Below are positions 59,440-64,000 of a stretch of 64,000 bases of DNA, piece by piece. The DNA comes from an uncultured delta proteobacterium. GTDB lineage: Bacteria > Desulfobacterota > Binatia > Binatales > Binataceae. The DNA lies in the NCBI GenBank assembly GCA_963724765.1, contig CAVRVY010000003.1:1184001-1248000 (forward strand), given 5' to 3'. How positions within the stretch are numbered: position 1 is the first letter of the stretch; each line of letters starts with the position of its first letter. The translations under genes were made by a program, and so were the position numbers. The notes below the pieces were generated by a model. That model saw only the letters and a list, made by a program, of their open reading frames with translations. It ran no database searches and was not told the DNA's origin.

Positions 59440-60936
59440 CTAGCCGCGGCGGAGAGCGCGGCCCGGGCGAGCGTCCGTATGCCGGCCGTTTGCGACCACG
59501 GCGACGCCGTTGACGAAGACGTGCGCGATGCCAACCGGGTAGCGCTTGGGCTCGTTGAAAGTCCCCGCGTCGATTACCGTCTCCGGATCGAAGATCACCA
59601 GGTCGGCATATGCTCCGGCGCGCAGCACGCCGCGATCCGCGAGGCTGAACTTTTGCGCCGGCATCCCGGTCATTCGATATATCGCGTCTTCCATCGTGAG
59701 CAATCCAATTTCCCGCGCGTAATGGCCGAGCACTCGCGCAAAGGTCCCGTAAAGCCGCGGATGAGGCTTCCCGCCCAGCGGAATTCCATCCGATCCGATC
59801 ATGGTCGTCGGATGGCGCATCACGGTCTGCACGTCGCCCTCGTCCATCAGGTCGAGGATGGCGATCGCGCGATGCTGTTCGTCGGTATCGACCTTGCGCG
59901 CCGCGTCCTCGGGCGAAAGACCCAGTTGCGCGGCGAGTTCCGCGATCGTTTTGCCCTCGTACTCCGGATGAAGCGGCGCGGAGGCAATCATCACGCTCGC
60001 GGGCTCGATCCGCGCGATCCCGCCGCGGTCGCCCTGCGGGTTGAAGGCGTTGTTGTGCAGCACCGCGGCCAGCATCGTGCTGCCCGAGGTGTACGGATAC
60101 TGATCCGCGGTCACGTCGAGGCCCTCGGCGCGCGCTTCTTCGATTAGTTTGATCGATTCGCGCACGCGGCCCCAGTTTCTTTTTCCCGCGGCCTTGTGAT
60201 GCGAGATCTGGACGCGCACCCCGGACTCGCGGCCGATGCGGATAGCCTCGCGCACGGCGTCGAGCAGGCCCGAGGCTTCGTTGCGCATGTGGGTCGCATA
60301 AACTCCGCCGGCGGCGGCCACGTCACGCGCCAGTTCGATTACCTCTTCTGTTGCGCAATGGCGGCCCGGCTCATAGATGAGCCCGGTGGAGAGGCCGATC
60401 GCGCCGGCTTCGAGCCCTTCGCGTACCAACTCGCGCATCGCGCGCTGCTCGTCTGGGGTCGGCGCGCGGCGCGCCATCCCCATTACGGCGGCGCGGATGG
60501 TGTTGTGCCCGACCAGCATCGCGACGTTGAGGCTCGGCGGCGCATGGTCAACCGCTTCGAGGTAGCCGCGATAGCCCTCCCATCCAGGCAGCGCCGCGTC
60601 GCCGAAGAAAGTGCCAAAATGTTCGCGCACCGCTTGGTAGGGCGCCGCACCCATCCCGCAGTTGCCGATCACTTCCGTGGTGACGCCCTGCATCAGCTTG
60701 AAGTCCATCGCGGGCGTGGTCAGCACGGCGAAGTCGTCATGGCTATGGACGTCGATGAAGCCGGGTGCGAGCGCGAGCCCCTGCGCATCGATTTCGAGCG
60801 CCGCATCGCCCTCAATTTCGCCGAGTGCCGCGATTCGATCGCCGCGCACCGCGAGACTGCCGACGTAAGGTGCCGCGCCAGTGCCGTCGAAGATGCGCGC
60901 ACCGCGAATGACGATGTCCCAGCGATCGCCGCTCAT
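59440..60936 (-). CDS. N-acyl-D-amino-acid deacylase
   Basis: PGFIDVHSHDD, GNCG, THMR, ISHHK, GSDG, HPRLYGTF. Confidence 0.92.
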   Translation of the reverse strand: MSGDRWDIVIRGARIFDGTGAAPYVGSLAVRGDRIAALGEIEGDAALEIDAQGLALAPGFIDVHSHDDFAVLTTPAMDFKLMQGVTTEVIGNCGMGAAPYQAVREHFGTFFGDAALPGWEGYRGYLEAVDHAPPSLNVAMLVGHNTIRAAVMGMARRAPTPDEQRAMRELVREGLEAGAIGLSTGLIYEPGRHCATEEVIELARDVAAAGGVYATHMRNEASGLLDAVREAIRIGRESGVRVQISHHKAAGKRNWGRVRESIKLIEEARAEGLDVTADQYPYTSGSTMLAAVLHNNAFNPQGDRGGIARIEPASVMIASAPLHPEYEGKTIAELAAQLGLSPEDAARKVDTDEQHRAIAILDLMDEGDVQTVMRHPTTMIGSDGIPLGGKPHPRLYGTFARVLGHYAREIGLLTMEDAIYRMTGMPAQKFSLADRGVLRAGAYADLVIFDPETVIDAGTFNEPKRYPVGIAHVFVNGVAVVANGRHTDARPGRALRRG

Positions 60937-60944
60937 ATCAGAAG

Positions 60945-62108
60945 TTAGCCGCGGGCGAAGCGCGCCGGCGAAACCGCCGCTTCGGTCACGCCTTGCCCGG
61001 CGAGGTCCGAGGGAACGCCGCGCCCGAGCGCAAGGCTCGCGGTCAGCCGCCCCATCGACGGCGAAGTCTCGATTCCATAGCCGCCCTGGCCGGCCAGCCA
61101 GAAGAATCCCTCCACGCGCGGGTCGTAGCCGACGACCGGGCATCCGTCGGCGACGAACGAACGCAGGCCCGCCCATTTGCGGATGATGTGCGCGACCGGA
61201 ATGCGCGCGGCACGCTGAATCCGATCGACGGCAAGCGCGACGTCGAAGTCGTCAGGCTGCACGTCGCACGGATCCATCGGTGTTTGATCGGCCGGCGAGC
61301 CGAGGAACTTGCCAGCGTCGGGCTTGAAATAGAATTTCTCGCCGACGTCGATCACCGAGGGCCATCTCGCGATGTCGGCGCCGGGCGGCGGATCGAAAAT
61401 GAACGCGGTGCGCCGCTTCGGCACGAGGCCGATCGGGGCCGCCCCGGCCATCGCCCCCACCACGTCGCACCAGGCCCCCGCCGCGTTGACCACGACCGGC
61501 GCGCCGAAGTCGCCGGCCGCGGTCCGCGAGATCCATCCGACCTTGCCGCCGCTGCCGCCATTGCCGCTATTGCCACCGTTGTGCTCCAGGCTCAGGAGCT
61601 CGGCGCTGGTTACCAGCTTGCCGCCGCGCGCGCGCATCCCGCGGATGAATCCCCAGTGGATCGCGTGCACGTCCATGTCCATCGCCTCGGGGTCAAGCAC
61701 CGCGCCGGCAAGGTAGTCCTGCTTCAGCAGCGGCACGAGCGTGCACGCCTCTTTCGGATCAAGGTGGCGGACGCCGGCGATGTGGCGCGACGATTGAGCG
61801 AAATTCTGTTCGAGCAATGCGGACTGGTCGGCGCGCCCGATGAGGAGCATCCCGCGCGCCGTCAGCAACGGATGCTCGGTGAAACCGGCGGGCGGGTCGA
61901 GGAAGAAGTTTTTTGCGCCCCGGCTGAGAGCACGAATCACCGAGGGCCCATGGGTCTGGACGAAGAGCGCAGCGGAGCGGCCGGTCGTATGGTAGCCGGG
62001 CTGACTTTCGCGTTCGAGCACCAGCACCCGGCCATGCGCGGCCAGTTCATAGCCAGCCGATGCGCCCGCGATACCGCCGCCTACGACTATGAAATCGTAA
62101 CTGTCCAT
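60945..62108 (-). CDS. FAD-dependent oxidoreductase (DAO / D-arginine dehydrogenase-like)
   Basis: VVGGGIAG, YHTTGRSAA, NAAGAW, WAGLRSF, GQGGYGI. Confidence 0.9.
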   Translation of the reverse strand: MDSYDFIVVGGGIAGASAGYELAAHGRVLVLERESQPGYHTTGRSAALFVQTHGPSVIRALSRGAKNFFLDPPAGFTEHPLLTARGMLLIGRADQSALLEQNFAQSSRHIAGVRHLDPKEACTLVPLLKQDYLAGAVLDPEAMDMDVHAIHWGFIRGMRARGGKLVTSAELLSLEHNGGNSGNGGSGGKVGWISRTAAGDFGAPVVVNAAGAWCDVVGAMAGAAPIGLVPKRRTAFIFDPPPGADIARWPSVIDVGEKFYFKPDAGKFLGSPADQTPMDPCDVQPDDFDVALAVDRIQRAARIPVAHIIRKWAGLRSFVADGCPVVGYDPRVEGFFWLAGQGGYGIETSPSMGRLTASLALGRGVPSDLAGQGVTEAAVSPARFARG

Positions 62109-62315
62109 CAGGGGTTTAATTGCAGGGTTTAATTGCAGAGTTTTATTTGCAGGGTCTTGCTTGCGGGTTTTACTTTTGCGTTCCCTTATGGCTCACGCTC
62201 TATCGCCCGTTCTCTTATCGCGCCGCTGGCATGCGAGATCAAGGTGGTTGCGAAGCGGGGAAGGTTCCAGCTAACCATTCGTGCGGCGACTCAAAACCAG
62301 AAAGGAAGTGGTGCG

Positions 62316-63255
62316 ATGGCGAGGACGGCGCTTGCATTCTCGGTGATGCCCGATAGTCCGATCGAAAAGATCGTCGAGTGGACCAAAGACGCGGAGCAGA
62401 TGGGCTATGCCGCCGCTTTCATGACCGAGGCCAACAACGATTCGATCGCCTGCTCGCTGGCGCTCGGGATGCAGACGCGGCGTATCGGACTCGGCACCGC
62501 AATAACCAACATCTACCTGCGCCATCCGGCGCTGCTGGCCAACGAGGCCGCGACCGTGCATCAGTTGACCGGCGGACGCTTCATCCTGGGCCTCGGCACC
62601 GGGCACGGCGAGGGCAACTCGCGCCTGGGGATCGAGATGGGGCAGCCGATGGTGAAGATGCGCGAGACGGTGGCCACGTTGCGCAAGATGCTCGACGGCG
62701 GGGGGACCGGGCCCAAAATAAATGGCAAGCTGCCGCTCTACCTGGCGGGCGTGTCGCGCCCGATGGTGCGGATGGCGGGCGAGATCGCCGACGGGGTGAT
62801 TTTCAATTTTTTTCCGCCCGCCCGCGTGCGCGAAGCGCTGGGCGAGATCGCCGACGGCGCACGCGCCGCCGGGCGCAACCCGGCCGAGGCCGAGCCGGCG
62901 CTGTTCGCGACCGCGTTCATCGCGAACGACCTCGAGGCGGCGCGCCGTCCGGCGCGCACGCTGCTCTCGCGCTACGGGGCGCTGCGTTTTTACGGCAACA
63001 TGATGGCGAGGGCGGGGTTCGAGCGCGAGATCGCGGGGATTCGCGCGGCGCGCGGCGACGCCGCGCTGGCGCTCGCCGCGGTGAGCGATGCGATGATCGA
63101 CGCGACGCTGCTGGTCGGGTCCGAGGAGCGGGTGCGCGAGCGGCTGGCCGAGCTATGCGCGCCGGGGATCGGCACGGCGATCGTATTCGTCAACCCGGTC
63201 AACGAACCGCGCGAGGCCGCGGTCCGCCGGCTGATGCGCGCGCTGCGCCCCGTAA
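62316..63255 (+). CDS. LLM class flavin-dependent oxidoreductase; probable native stop shifted out of frame
   Basis: LGTAI..RHP, GGRFILGLGTG, AGEIADG; ...MRALRP then an out-of-frame TAA after a C4 run. Confidence 0.82.
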
Positions 63256-63333
63256 GGGCGCAGCGCGCGCATCAGTCCGGCGCAGCGCGCGCCGTCCCGG
63301 CGCGGCGTGTAACGCCGCGCCGGGACGAACGCG

Positions 63334-63999
63334 CTACGACGGCGACGAGGCGCCGGTGTCGCCGGCGCCCGGCTTCAGCATCGCGAAGAACCCCCGGATG
63401 CGCTTGTAGTTCACACCGAAGTCGCCGGTGCCGTCGCGCGAGCGCGAGCGCATCTCGACCAGGCTGCTGTTGGCGTCGGGGCCCGGACGCACCTGGATCA
63501 GGAAATCGTCTTTAAAGCGGAAAAGGTAGGAAATTTCGACTCCTTCGACAGTGCGTGTCGCCGGATCGACGTAAACGATAAGCCATCCCGGCATCGTGTT
63601 GGCCGCGGCCTTCACCTTGGCGAAAGCGTCTTCGGGCTTTTCGGCGAGCCGCAGCGGGTCGAGCTTGGGATATTCCTTGCTTTGGACCGGCTCGAACTTG
63701 GCACGGTTGTATTTCATCGAGTCGGCTGACAGGTCCGGCGGTTGGACGAACGCAGGCGGATTTTCGTAGTCGGTCGTGATGTCGTTGATCTCCGGATACG
63801 GCATCGACATCCAGCGCCACATCGTGAACCCGACCGGGACGGCGACCAGCAGGCCGAGCACGATGCCGGCGACGGCCTTCGGCCGCCCGACGCGGCGTTC
63901 GGGTGCCGAGGTGCGCAGCAGGCCTATCAGGCCGAACAGCAGCGCCAAAATCGCGATTGCGAAGCTCAGCAGGAACATCATGAAGCCGGTCAGCGACGG
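63334..63999 (-). CDS. DUF1499 domain protein (5' truncated by window)
   Basis: INDITTD, FRFKDD, MRSRSRDGTGDFGVN. Confidence 0.85.
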   Translation of the reverse strand, partial: PSLTGFMMFLLSFAIAILALLFGLIGLLRTSAPERRVGRPKAVAGIVLGLLVAVPVGFTMWRWMSMPYPEINDITTDYENPPAFVQPPDLSADSMKYNRAKFEPVQSKEYPKLDPLRLAEKPEDAFAKVKAAANTMPGWLIVYVDPATRTVEGVEISYLFRFKDDFLIQVRPGPDANSSLVEMRSRSRDGTGDFGVNYKRIRGFFAMLKPGAGDTGASSPS

Positions 64000-64000
64000 G

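Noticed and set aside
63256-63515. C-terminal extension of the LLM ORF
   Set aside because: Arg-rich read-through overlapping the convergent DUF1499 gene, caused by the frameshift.

Overview
High-GC bacterial chromosome segment from a diderm organism. Gene content and a small-protein family (MKLRHAAALALVGWYLM...CIASDDPRL) suggest Candidatus Binataceae/Binatota, which is an inference. The core backbone is hemE-hemH-hemG-dinB, ribF, a full tolQRAB-pal-cpoB operon, gap-pgk-tpiA-secG-tRNA-Leu(GAG), sppA, fur, ilvA, tatD and hisH-hisF-ribH, plus many catabolic enzymes. Accessory DNA: (1) a DUF5131 gene next to tRNA-Leu; (2) a complete 2816-bp IS1595-family element (21350-24165) with 26-bp TIRs, an 8-bp TSD, three passenger ORFs, a basic micro-ORF and a structured non-coding segment, inserted at the promoter of a SplB-like radical SAM gene; (3) a phage-like string of small ORFs (27.8-29.7 kb); (4) a Dam methylase + PD-(D/E)XK nuclease + Schlafen/AlbA_2 cassette bounded by 30-bp direct repeats and followed by a relic dam 3' end. 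Also notable are an ECF sigma coupled to an Ogt-Ada(Zn) fusion, three tandem glycine-zipper/polyQ lipoproteins, an archaeal-type ribH, pervasive short tandem duplications, and several single-base lesions that may be assembly errors. All family assignments come from motif recognition, not database searches.
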